DNA of 64,000 nt from Sphagnum compactum (lineage: Eukaryota): contig OZ234493.1 in the NCBI GenBank assembly GCA_965153455.1, positions 36,012,213 to 36,076,212 on the forward strand, read 5' to 3'. The notes under the pieces were generated by a model, which searched no databases, was not told the origin of the DNA, and saw only the letters and a program-made list of their open reading frames with translations. Positions 24,469 through 36,197 of the stretch are shown piece after piece. Position 1 is the first letter of the stretch, and every line of letters starts with the position of its first letter. Both the position numbers and the translations under genes were made by a program.

Positions 24469-26119
24469 AAATTCTTCACAATCAGAGATTCCATCCTCAG
24501 CTTCTTAGGGTCAATTTCTCCTCTAAATCATGATGCAACTGGCACATAAAACATTGATTCCACCCTTTGCTGCTTCTTTAAAATGCATGTAGCTGGCACA
24601 AAAAACATCGTTAGGTCTAGCAAATAGATGTGACAGAATCTCTCCCGAGTGCCAATTTTGTCAGATAATGGCCATTGATCAGACCTGGCTCATGGCCACC
24701 TTGCACTTGGCACAGTCCTTCTCCCAATGACCAATAGGTAAATACAGATGACCATTGAGAGAAAGAGTGAATGTGACAAATCTTGTGTAAACAAATTGCT
24801 AGAACAATGGCAAGTTGAAATGGAATTCTAGTGGAATTCTTCTACTTTCACAATCCTAACCCTAGACAAACACTTCTTTATGGAACATTTCACCCTAGAA
24901 GTCTCAAGATGTTTTAATCACCCATGTGGATTATTGATTTTGTAATTGTAATGCCCAACTAGAATCCCATTTTGCCATGCTTAGAATCTACATAGTGTCC
25001 ATTATGTAATCAATAGTGAACATTTGCGATTCACAATTCTTGAATCTTGTATCCTTTGTGTTGTGGGTTTTTGCCATTCATCATTTGCATTTCCATTCAC
25101 CTTCATGAACTTGCAATCACTAAATGTAATTCATCATATTTGAGCAATTAATAGTTAACAACAAATTGGAATTGTTGTGCTTTGAAAGATGTTAGGGGTT
25201 GCACACTATGGATTGGAGGTTCACAAGTTGAGTTCGGTTACAAGACTCAAGAAGTACTTAAACCCTTAAAACCCATTGCGTTTTTCATTTCAATTATGTT
25301 GTATGTTTGTTATTGTTTTTTGCTCTTTGTTCTCATGTTTCATCACTTGTTGTAGCTTTTAAGTTCTTTGTGAATGTGTGTGCATTGTATGCTATTCATG
25401 GTTTGTAAACCTTGTTGTTTTTAAATTATGTGTGTGATTTGTTTCACATCACATAATTAGATATTGACATCAATGTGATAAAGTGGCAAGGTGTGCACTA
25501 TGGGGCTCGATATTTGATTCTTGTGATCTACACCACAAAATCTTGATTCTTGGGTTGTGGTTTGCAATTCTTGTGATTTGTGCAATGGAATCTTGAGTGC
25601 ATTTTTAGCACAAATTTTCTGAGTTCTAATTATGTGGCAAGGCATGCATTGTGCACTATGGGGTGTGAACTATAATTCTTGTGATTTGCATAACAAAATC
25701 CTAACACCTAGGTCATGGCATGCAATTCTTGTGATTTGCATAGTAGAATCCCAAGTTGTTGCATTCTCAACACAAGTCTTTTAAGTTCTAAGGTGGGTAT
25801 TATGGTCACAAGCCATTTGATGTTATTAGGTTTTCAAATTAAATTTCTATCACAAATGTGCATTATGCAGTGTGTCATTATGTTTGTGGTCTTTTCCATG
25901 GATTTTCTCATGTTACTAAACAATTAGAAGTTTAAATATTTCCTTGATATTCGAGTCGTAGTTGAGAATCTTGCCCTTCCAACCCAATTTGTTATGATGT
26001 ACATGAATCAAATAACATGGGTGAACAAGGAAAGCTTTTTCATGCCTTTAAATTGCATTCTTTTTCACCTCAAATCTTTAACATAGATTAGGATGTCATG
26101 CTTGAAAATCTTGATGTCA

Positions 26120-28290
26120 CTAATATTGAGGATGGATTTGCCCCTCTTCCTAAAAAACCCAAAAAGGTTGTAACTAATGTTAACCACAAGTTTTAGGAGA
26201 TTGGGTTGTAAAAATGCCATGGGCAAAGCCTATTTTTAATGGGGTTGGATTAGTTTATACTATTATATGTCATGTTCTCACCATAATTGAAAAGAGGGAA
26301 AAGGTTTTGATTGCTAAATGGGATTCTAAGAAACATGTAGGTAAAATGAAAGGCTTGGATGGTTAGTGGATCATGGATCCAAAATGTATTCATGTAAAAA
26401 ATGAGATTTCTTGTGTTCAGCTTTTTACCAACACTATCCTCCAATAGTTGAGTAGTGGTCAAGCAATGGAAGACAAAAGAAAACTTGTTCAATTTGCATA
26501 TGTTTTTAGCTTGTTAAGTAAAATTAAATTAATAACTAGTTATGGAGATTTCCAACCTTTAGTTGAGTTTTAAAAATTCTAATCTAACCTCAAAAAACAT
26601 TCGTTTGATGGGGTTGGTTGGGAGATTGTTGAACACATATAGAATGAAATTCTAAAGACAAGTTTGTTATCCATAATTCCAATTTTATTTTTCTTACTTG
26701 TGATGAGATGACAACCATGGATAACATAATTTGGGTGAATGTGCATGATTACATTGTACAAGATTGGTGATGGATATCATTGTTGTTGAACGTGTAACAA
26801 ATGCTTTTTGGATTTGGGGTTGATAGTTTGAATTTGTTGATTATAAATTTTTTGATGACAAAAGGGGACCTAAAACAAAAGGAGCTTGCTTCAAGGTTGG
26901 TGTGTTTTGGTGTTAATGGGGTCGGCACTTTCCAAGGCCTTAGATCAAAAGTGACAATTTAAATCTAATGTCAATAAGTTCCATTCATCATTGATGTGTG
27001 TTATATGGTTCATTGGACAAATCTTGTGGTACAAACTATCTCAAACTTACCTTTGGTTTCTTGCATTAAAAATATTTTGCAATGCTTGTATGGCTACTTC
27101 AACCATAGTCCCAAAAAAGACATGTGGAGTTTACCAAATTGGCAAAGATCATGGAAACTAAAGGCAATAAAATTTTGCACAACATCAAAACTCGATGGAT
27201 ATTTATAATTAGTTTTGTCAAATTTGTGCTATCTAAATATTACATTCTCCTTGTGAAAATGACATTGGATGCACCCATAATACCTTTTGCCAATTCTAAG
27301 TGTTTTTTGTTCATTCATATGAAAACATTGTTGGGGTTGAATACGATCATGCCACCATTAAAAAAGTACATTCTTTGATTAAGTTTACACAAATGAAGGT
27401 GTTTTTGTTTGTGATTTCATAACAATAATCAAAATTTGTGAAGGGGATGTACACCACATGTATTGTGACAACCAAATTTCTTTTGAAGGTGATGCATTCA
27501 CTGATTTCACTAGCTTGATCAACTTTATTCATGAGAGCATCAGTTTTCACGAAATTACAAATTTGAACACAAAATTGATCATTTAGTTTTTGAGTTTGTT
27601 GGGTAACATATTTTGACCACATTTTCAAATCATATTAAAGCGTCTATTTTTGTTACAAAGGACATATATGGAGAGGTGGTTGCATCTATGAAGTGACAAT
27701 GTCAAGAAGCTTCCGTTCAACTTATTGTAAATTTACAAGGCTAGTTTCTTGTTCAAGATCTAATGGATGCTTTAGGAGTTGTATACCCATAATATTGGCT
27801 GCAACCAAAACTTGAAAAAAAATTCAATGTTCATTTGATAATCATCAAGGTAACTTTTTTCAACCTAAGGAGGTAGGACTTGATGAGGTATGGTTCCAAC
27901 CTTGTTTTGAGTTGTTGTTATTGATCTTCAAAGATTTCCATTTGTGCTTAACATTAAAAACAATATTAAGTTGGCAATGAAAAACATTTTGATGTGGACC
28001 CGTTAACCAAGTTGTGAAAAACTTTTACTTCTTCTTAGATTTTTGAAAACAAAATCTTGGAGTACATCAAGTTGGTTGAACTTGTTACTGTGTAAGTAAT
28101 TGGTTTTATTAAAGATAAGTGTTGCTTTTCTACGCTAACCTTTATGCAAACTAAATTACAATCTCAATTAACTATGCATTTAAAGTTTGTCATTCACATG
28201 TTCAACCAAAAGTTCTTCACTTTGCAAAACTTTCTTTTTGGATTAGCAATTCGAAATGGAAGGACATTAGAACTTAGTATGGTGTCACTT
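26120..28290 (+). mobile_element. Decayed hAT-superfamily transposase (ZNF862/C17orf113-like)
   Basis: Fragments VVKMPWAKPIF..ICHV..IEKREKVLIAKWDS.KH, CYMVHWTNLVVQTISNL, LYGYFNHSPK, EFTKLAKIMETKGNKILHNIKTRWI, and a hAT dimerisation-like tail EYIKLVELVTV*VIGFIKDKCCFSTLTFMQTKLQSQL. Many stops and frameshifts. Confidence 0.8.
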
Positions 28291-30552
28291 GAAGCAAAAG
28301 TCTAATGACTAAAAGTTAGCTCACAACAAGGTTGTCAACTTCCAAGCTATTTTTTTCTTATATCATTCCTATCTCTTCCTTGAAATCCAGATGCATGGTT
28401 GTTGTTAAGATGCTTTCAATGACTTGTTCATGCAGGCAACAACAACCACCTATTTTAATTTTGATTGGTAAAGTGAAGATGTGGCTTCTTATTTCCATGA
28501 TTTATGATTTTTTGGAATCTGCATCCAACCCTTTTGTTTGAGCTTGTATGATTTGTGTTTGCGTTCAATATTACCGACTAATGATTTCTTTTGTGTAGGT
28601 TAGCTCTACATTGCAATGGGCAATGCCTTTTTTAGTTGACATGTTGCAAAAAAATGGATTTAAAATAACCCAAGTAAAAATGATGCTTTACAGTTGCAAT
28701 TCCAATTCAATATAATTTCCTTTAGCAAATTAGATCATTTTATTTCTTTTTTTCTTTCTAAAAAAAAGTACACATTTTCTCACCATGGAATTGGCTAGAT
28801 AGACACTCAATGTGTCCATGTGATAATTAGAGCTCTAGCAAGGATTGACATGTACCAAACTTAGCTAAAACTAAAAACTAAAATAAATAAAAATAAATAA
28901 ATTTATAAAAAAAACAAAACACGAGTCCCTTCAATTCAATTGATGAAAGCATCTTGAGTGTGAAGAAGGTGCTTTCAAATAGAAAGAAAAAAACCTTGAA
29001 CTACTTTCCATAAGTGTTAGGTTCAAGGTTCACATTCAAAGGGGGAAGAAAACCCTAAAACATGAAAATGGGTGTTTTGTTCCTTCTTGGTAGATGTTCA
29101 GCTTAAACTTCACAATTGGAAGGAAGAAAAAAAAGCAAAGGAGAAAACCCCATTAAAGAGTTGTTTAGTTCACTCTTTGTAGGCATTATTAGCTTTTAAT
29201 TAATTAATTAATTTTTAAAGGTTCATGTGTGAAAACAAGCAGCCACAGTTTTTGTATTGAATAATAGCAGGTTAGTTGGGTCTCTGCTGAATAATTTATT
29301 TAATTTGAGAATTTTATTTTGACAAATAAAAATACTCTCAGATATTTCAAAAGATAACTTAATATTTCTGTCTCAAATTCTCTCCTTTGAAAAAAAAATT
29401 TCCAGAAAAAAAAAAGGAAAAATATCATCACAAGTAGTACAATATGAAGGGAGCTTGAGATTTTCTACTTAAATTTTTTGAGTATTGCCAAATTTGGCTA
29501 AATGCACTTATGGATGATCGCCACTTGAGCAACATCACAAAATTGAAAAAATATATATATTACTGCTTCAAACCAGCAGCAGTTAAAATACAAAATATTC
29601 CAAAAAGTTCCCAAAATAAAAATTAAATAATGAATCAATTTTTGACGGGTTCAATTGGGGGGTTATGTTTTTCAAGGTTTGCAATATCAAGAATTTGGAA
29701 ATAATTTCCAAAAAAAAAAAAATTTCAAAATCAGTCAAATTTACCATTGAAAAGAAAAAAAAAGAAAAAATTCCAGAAAAAAAATCCAAAAAAAAATCCC
29801 AATGTTTTGGTTTTTAAAAGACAAAAAAATTGTCAAGGAAACCACTGGGTGTCAGTCAATTGCCAGAATTGAAAAAATAAAATATAATAATAATAATAAT
29901 AATAATTCAAAAAAGTAAAAAAGTCTCCAAATTTTTTCTATATTTTGATTTTGTGAGAAAATATATACTTAGAAAGGATGACTAAAGATTTGTACATAAT
30001 ATTATTTGGGTTTGTTTATAGCCAGAATTTGGCTATTCCTTAGTATGTGTGCTTTGGCTATTCCTTAGTATGTATGCTCAGAGTCAAATAACCGCACAAC
30101 GCTGGTTTTTGTGGGCAGACAATTGGAGGGCGTTCTGGGGAGCGGGCAGACAATTTGAGGGCGTTCCGAGGAGGGTGTGGACGATTAGAGAGCGTTCCGC
30201 CGCAGAATTTGGAGGGGAGGGGGGCCGTTCTGCAGGGTCGTTCCGTCGTAGCAGCGAGGGCGCGGGGGTCGACCATACGAGTCACCGCGCGATGTCCGCG
30301 GCGACAACGGAGTGCGACGTCCCAAGCTTTTTGCTCCAGATTTTGTTTCCCCTCTAGCGTCTTTTTCGCTTTTTGGATTGGTTCTTGAGGTTGTGGCCGA
30401 GATGCCCTTTCCAACGATCCCTCACTTCTCTCCCTTCGTCCCTGCTCGCCTCGTCCCCTTCTTCTTCTTCTTCTTCTTTTGCCTTCCACCTCGAAGGCAA
30501 GCATAGAATCTGATCTCCACTAGCCCCTCCTCCCTCTCTTAGGCATTCATAC

Positions 30553-30559
30553 TATATAA
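30553..30559 (+). promoter_or_regulatory. TATA box of NAR2/NRT3
   Basis: TATATAA followed by a pyrimidine-rich leader and a likely 5' UTR intron (gtgagt at ~30729 to cag at ~31133/31139) just before the ATG. Confidence 0.55.
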
Positions 30560-31148
30560 GTGTCAATTTCACTCGGTGGGATTGCATTTTGTTTTCCTCT
30601 CTCTTCCAATTCTGCCTGATCGGGACCCTGACAGTCTCCAGCTTCTGCAGCTTGTGGGATCTACATCTCTCTCCTCGCAGGCAGCTCGTGGTTGCTGTTT
30701 TGGGTTTTGGGATTTTTGTCTTTCTTGGGTGAGTGTCAAGCTTCCTTCTTTTGTTTTTGTGTTTTGGAGTTGCATTTCCGAGTTCTGTCAGCTGCAAAAT
30801 ACAAAAATGCCTAATGGGTTCTTTGCCGCCATTCCAGAGGAAATATTTTTGTGGCCATTCAATTTACTGAATTCTGCAGGGGGGGGGAAAAAAAAACGTA
30901 GCAGAATTTACATTGAGAATGAGCAGCAAGAATCAACTACCACTACTTTTTCTTTTTGTGGGTGGATTCTGGATTGTGTTTTGTGCCATGGGTCATAGAG
31001 AAATGCTGGCCAGGATTTCTGATTTAGGACCACACCAGCAAGAAACAGCAAGTCTGGTTTACCTGTGTGCTTGAATTTAGAAGCATCTCTCTGATTTTTT
31101 TGTCCTGTTTTTGTTACTGTTGTTGATGGACAGAAGCAGGAATTAGAG

Positions 31149-32502
31149 ATGGTGAGCCAAAGACCTAACCTGTTCTTTGCAATAGCTGCCGCGATGCTAC
31201 TGGGTGTGGTGAGCAATGTGGAGGCTGGAGTCCTCTTCTCCTCACTCAATCATACCTTGTTGGTCACAGCTCAACTTGCGGATGCTTCAAATACAACTCT
31301 TAAAGGTTAGAGGTTTTTTTTCCCCCCCAGCCTTTGTCTCATTGTTGGTAGTGGTCGTCTCTAGGCTCTTGGAGTGTGTTTCTTTTCTATCTCTAACACA
31401 CACCGCTGGCAATTACCTACTGTAGAGAGGGTGTGTGTGTTTCTCGGATGCAATCTTTTGTGAATCTGATCTGATTTCTCCAAGAATCAGAAAGTAATAA
31501 AAATTGAAAGAAAAACTGTTTTCCAGAGAGATTGACATGAAGCACAACATATACATATGTCATGTATCACTATTCTAGTATACCCTAGAATCTCCAAGCA
31601 TCTTTGATCTTCTTTGCTAGTTCCCTGTAAGGGTGACAAGAAAAGGGTAGTTCTTGGTTCAAACATGGCCATGAAAACTTCAAGCAATCCACTGGGGTTG
31701 CATCTTTTTAGCAAGGAGTGTAGATGGATCTGGCAGAAAGTCTCCAGGTTTTTTATGGAGGTTGGTTTGGTGGTTTGTTCCACTGGGTTTTGCCTTTTTA
31801 GCAAGGAGTGTACAGGGATCTGGCAGAAAATCTTGAGGTTGAGAAAGTGTCAATGTTTTCAATGGAGGTTGGTTTGGTGGTTTGTTCCACTGGGGTGGTG
31901 CCGTTCCACCAAGGGTTGTACAGGGATCTGGCAGAAAGTTTCAGGATTGAGAAGCATGTCAAGGTTTTTGATGGAGGTTGGCTGGTTGGTTGGTTGGTTT
32001 GTTTGTTTGTTTTGCAGTTGCACGTGCAGGTGTGGATACCATCCTTGTGAAGTGGAGTTTGAATGCATCAGCTCCACCAGGGATAGATGACAACTACAAC
32101 AAAGTGAATACCAAGCTGTGCTTTGCACCTGTGAGTCAACTGAACAGGAAGTGGAGGAAAAATTCCAATGATCTCTCAATTGACAAGACTTGCAGTTTCG
32201 ATATTGCAACACAAAATTTTTCAACAGCTGGAAACTCGGTTCTGTATCTTGTATCCAAGACCGTTCCCTATGCCGAATACTTTGTGCGTGCATATGTTCT
32301 GAATGTTGAGGGGAATCAGGTAGCATATGGCCAATCAACCAATGCAAACAAGACGACTAACATCTTTACTGTGGATCCGATTACTGGACGGCATGCCACT
32401 ATTGATATTGCTGTTGCTGTTATGTCATTTTTCTCTGTTGCCTCTCTTTTGACATACTATGTGGGGGAACAGATCTACTTGAAAAGGAAGAAGAGTGTGT
32501 AG
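31149..32502 (+). CDS. NRT3: High-affinity nitrate transporter accessory protein NAR2/NRT3, 2 exons, about 213 aa
   Basis: Exons 31149-31305 and 32018-32502. Signal peptide followed by GVLFSSL, AGVDTILVKWSLN, KLCFAPVSQLNRKWRK, DKTCSFDI, YFVRAY, VAYGQST, ITGRHATIDIA and a C-terminal transmembrane segment. Confidence 0.93.
31685..31985. repeat. Triplicated ~90-120 bp unit inside the NAR2 intron
   Basis: ccactgggg...aagg.gtgtacagggatctggcagaaa...atggaggttggtttggtggtttgtt occurs three times. Confidence 0.8.
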
Positions 32503-34109
32503 ACAGGAACTGTGCTCTGTATATATAACTAATTAAGAGAAGGGGATTTATTTTGTTGGGTTTATGCAACCTCGAGTTAGACAAACAAACCCAACTTTGT
32601 CAAGATTTTTGGCAATAAAAGGAAGTGTTCAGCAATAAGTGTGGTTATGAGGATTTTCTGCACCATGAAGCATGAACATGCAATTCCAAAAGTGATCTCT
32701 ATCGGGAGGATTATATGGTGGCAAATGTGTGAAGAGACCTCGCACAACTTGATTGGGTGCACCATGATGCTCTTCTTGTTTACCTTCAAAGAAAAAATCA
32801 CCAAACATTTCAACCCTTTCTCACAAGAGAGCCCAAAAAATTTCTTCCTCTTAAATTTTGCCGCATCGTATGCATATACATTCTTCACCTATAGAATTGT
32901 TTCAACTTCATTTCTTTCATTCTATAATGTAATCTCATAACATTAAAAATGAGACTCTACAAACACATAATGGGGATAAATCCTTCCAACTCACAAAGCC
33001 TTATTCACATTGAATTGAGTTCCAACCACAAAACAAATCCTATAAAACATTGATATTCTAGAATAAAAACTTGACGACTACTTGCACCTTGACAATATGC
33101 ATTTTCTCTCTCAACATTGTGTTTAGCCAACACATTGTGCAAGTTCGCATGGTGTCTCCTTCACAACGGCCATGACAAACAATTTTGTAAGTATAAAGAT
33201 TTATGAAAATGTGGGAAAAAAAAAAAATCGGCTTAGGACGGCCACAATAATGAGTTATGAGGTGCTTGATTTATTTGTTCCTAATTGCATCCATGAGAAT
33301 TCTAAAATAAGAGCTATGGCATTGTCGAGGGAATAGAAAGAGGGTGATACTTGCAACATTAAAGATAGGCTCCAAGATGGCAAGGGAAGCTTTGAAATCC
33401 AAAAATGATGTGTTAAGGTCTTTAGTATGAAACCCTACTTCAAACTATGATCACGAGAAGTAGTTCAAATATTTTCTAAATTTAAAATGACAATCATGTT
33501 TTAAAATACTATTAAGAGATTGAAAATTTTAGTGTTATTTTTCTTGAAAAATCTCTTAAATGTATATACCTAATTCAAAAAACTTATTTCAAGTTTTTTG
33601 GTCATCCAAATGTAAGGTTACTTAAGTAGCAATATTTCCCTAGTCCTAAGTTTGTCCCAAAAGTCTTTTGAATCCTTTGGGGGATTTTTGTTTAAAGTTT
33701 AGCTATGATGTGTTAGATTTGTTTTTCAAATCTTACTATTCAAAATTGAAAAAATACAAGATGAACAACAAATAACACTTATGTGAATAAATAAACAAAT
33801 GCTTTTGTGAACCTTGATAAAATATTTACTTTGAAAAAAACACTAACCAACACACTACATTGGATGGATGGTGTGTAAATTAAAAATTATTTCTATATCA
33901 TTCATTAGCCAAAGAGTCAACCAAAAAATCATTAATTCATTACATAATAGATTACATTACAAATACATCAATTTACACTTCACCCATGTATTCTTTTTCG
34001 CAAATTCCAACACTAAAAACTCAAACAATAATCGAATACCTAAATTGTAATTATGATTCAATCGATAAACATTGATAATTGTTATATGTACTTTGAATAC
34101 AAGCCAAAG

Positions 34110-35420
34110 CCAACAAGAAATATTAAGCACTAGAGCAATCAGTTACTTGTTGAACATAGAAGTTCTTTGCTAAAAGTTTTATAAATTTAAAAGTATGATT
34201 ACATCTTGATGTCAACAATATCCATGGAGTTGCATTATTTACCATTTGTCGATTCATTTTATGTGTAATAATCCAATTTCCACATTAAAATGGGTCTCAT
34301 TGACTAAAGGTTGAAGGAAGCCATATCTTCATAGTTTTTTTCATGCATTGGTATCTATTTTATAAAATATTGGATTACAAACATGTTGACTACAAATATT
34401 GATTAATTTATATATGTTATTTTGAAATAGTCCAAGAAATGTTTTGTTGTGAGTATCAAGGGGCCTTGTGATGCATGGATGTATGTGATCAATGTTGTCA
34501 TTGATGCAATTTGTCAATATCGATGTTTTGCATGAATTTTATTGATTGATGTCTCATTACATGAAATTTCATCATGTTATTTTCAAATTTTATTATTATC
34601 ACGCAATGTTTGTATGAATGTGTTGGGATTCGAAAAATTGTTTAGGCATAATAATGTATGGATATGTAAGTTGCCATTTTTATTTTTTACATTCATAACA
34701 TCCATAATAAGCTTTCATGTGACCGAGTATGCCAACATTGTTGTCAAATAAATGTTTTATGTCTTTCACCTGTAACATGTATTTGAAAATAACACCAATA
34801 ATAGTGTGAACAAATATAGCTTGAACTTTTGGATTCATTATTGCTTTGTTGCATCATTCATTTTTATTCAACATGTTTATGTCATAGAATAAGTCAAGAT
34901 TGATTGATCTTTTGTTTGCTCAAAAATTGTTAACAAAGGATGATGAACAAATGTGGAATTTAGTGTGAAAAATAGACTTGGTGTTCCCATGAAATTTATC
35001 ATATTGAAATTATGGTTTAAAGGTCATGACATATTTGCTAGAAACTTTCAAATGTCTCGATAAATTGGAAATATGTTTCTTACAATGTATGTTTCGTGGG
35101 CTCACAATGATATCATCAAAATTTGTAATTTGTATTTCATTGAAAAGTTCCCTTTCATTCATGTTTGATTATTTTGATACCATTAATTTAGCTCCAAGAC
35201 AATTTGTTTACATTGTATCATGTTAAATAGAAAAATGAAAATAAATGACATTTTGAAAATTGGTAGAGTTTTTCATCTAAATTCATCAAGTGATTCACAT
35301 GGGTTTATAATGATACTTTGATTGGTTTGTTATCCATTTTAGGAACACCAATTTTAAAAGGAAATGAGGTTGGAAACATGCATGTTATTAGGTTTGGATT
35401 CTAATTTCATTGATCATTGC
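34110..35420 (-). mobile_element. Decayed Helitron Rep (HUH) domain fragment
   Basis: Minus strand: NPNLITCMFPTSFPFKIGVP, NFMGTPSLFFTLNSTFVHHP (motif 1), AIMNPKVQAIFVHTII, ILGHMKAYYGCYE [frameshift] NGNLHIHTLLCL (HUH motif 2), QHVCNPIFYK, RYGFLQPL, NNATPWILLTSRCNH. Confidence 0.8.
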
Positions 35421-35864
35421 GGTGTGATAGTTATAGGATAAATATGCTTCTTGTTCACCTCACCTAAAACTTCCATAACCTAATCTTGGGTCAAAGGTTG
35501 TACCAAGGTTTGGTTGGCACAACCTTTTTGATGCACCTTTATTATCCAAATATGCCCCTCGTCATTAAATTGTGGTGACCCTTATATAACTAATTTAAGA
35601 TTGAAACATTGACATTCATTTTTTTCTACCAATGAATCAAAAATGCATGTACAACATTAGGAAGAAGAATAGGCATACTTCACTCTCACAACAACACCTT
35701 CAAGTGATTCCTATCACATGTTTTCTTTTTTTCACAAGGCCTCTTACATTGTGTTTTATTTCAAGGCCATCATGATCCAAATTACAAGTGGCTTCCAAGC
35801 TTAAATCCATAATGGAGGATTTGATCTTACATGTTTGATCTTATTGAATTCCTTTTTAACCTCA

Positions 35865-36197
35865 CCCATCACAAACTTCATGAGTCACGATTTAACAACA
35901 ATAATTGTGCAAAATATGTTCTTTCATAGGTTTGTATTATCTAAACATGAATATCGTGTATAATCTAAACACGAAATTTGTGGACATGACCTTCATGTTG
36001 AAACAACATGAATAGACATACAACAATCATGTTCAAACGTATATAAATAGCATATGACATTTGTATCTAAACAATGTGCATGACATTCATGTTTAAACAA
36101 TATGAATAAACAAATGATGTCCATGTCTGTGCAATACAAACCTATGAAAAACAAATTTCATACGACTATTATTGCCAAATGAAGTTTGTGATAGGCC
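35865..36197. mobile_element. MITE-like element with long imperfect terminal inverted repeats
   Basis: Left ccatcacaaacttcat...ttcataggtttgtatt pairs with right aatacaaacctatgaa...atgaagtttgtgatagg. Internal (t)ctaaacatga-like repeats. The right end is followed by TTA; the left target duplication is not recognisable. Confidence 0.65.

Noticed and set aside
32590..33200. Possible decayed minus-strand ORF (CHGRC..CTMCW..CIRC..HLPPYNPPDRDHFWNC)
   Set aside because: About nine stops in about 200 codons is close to random expectation and no family was recognisable. A tBLASTx search would be needed to revive it.
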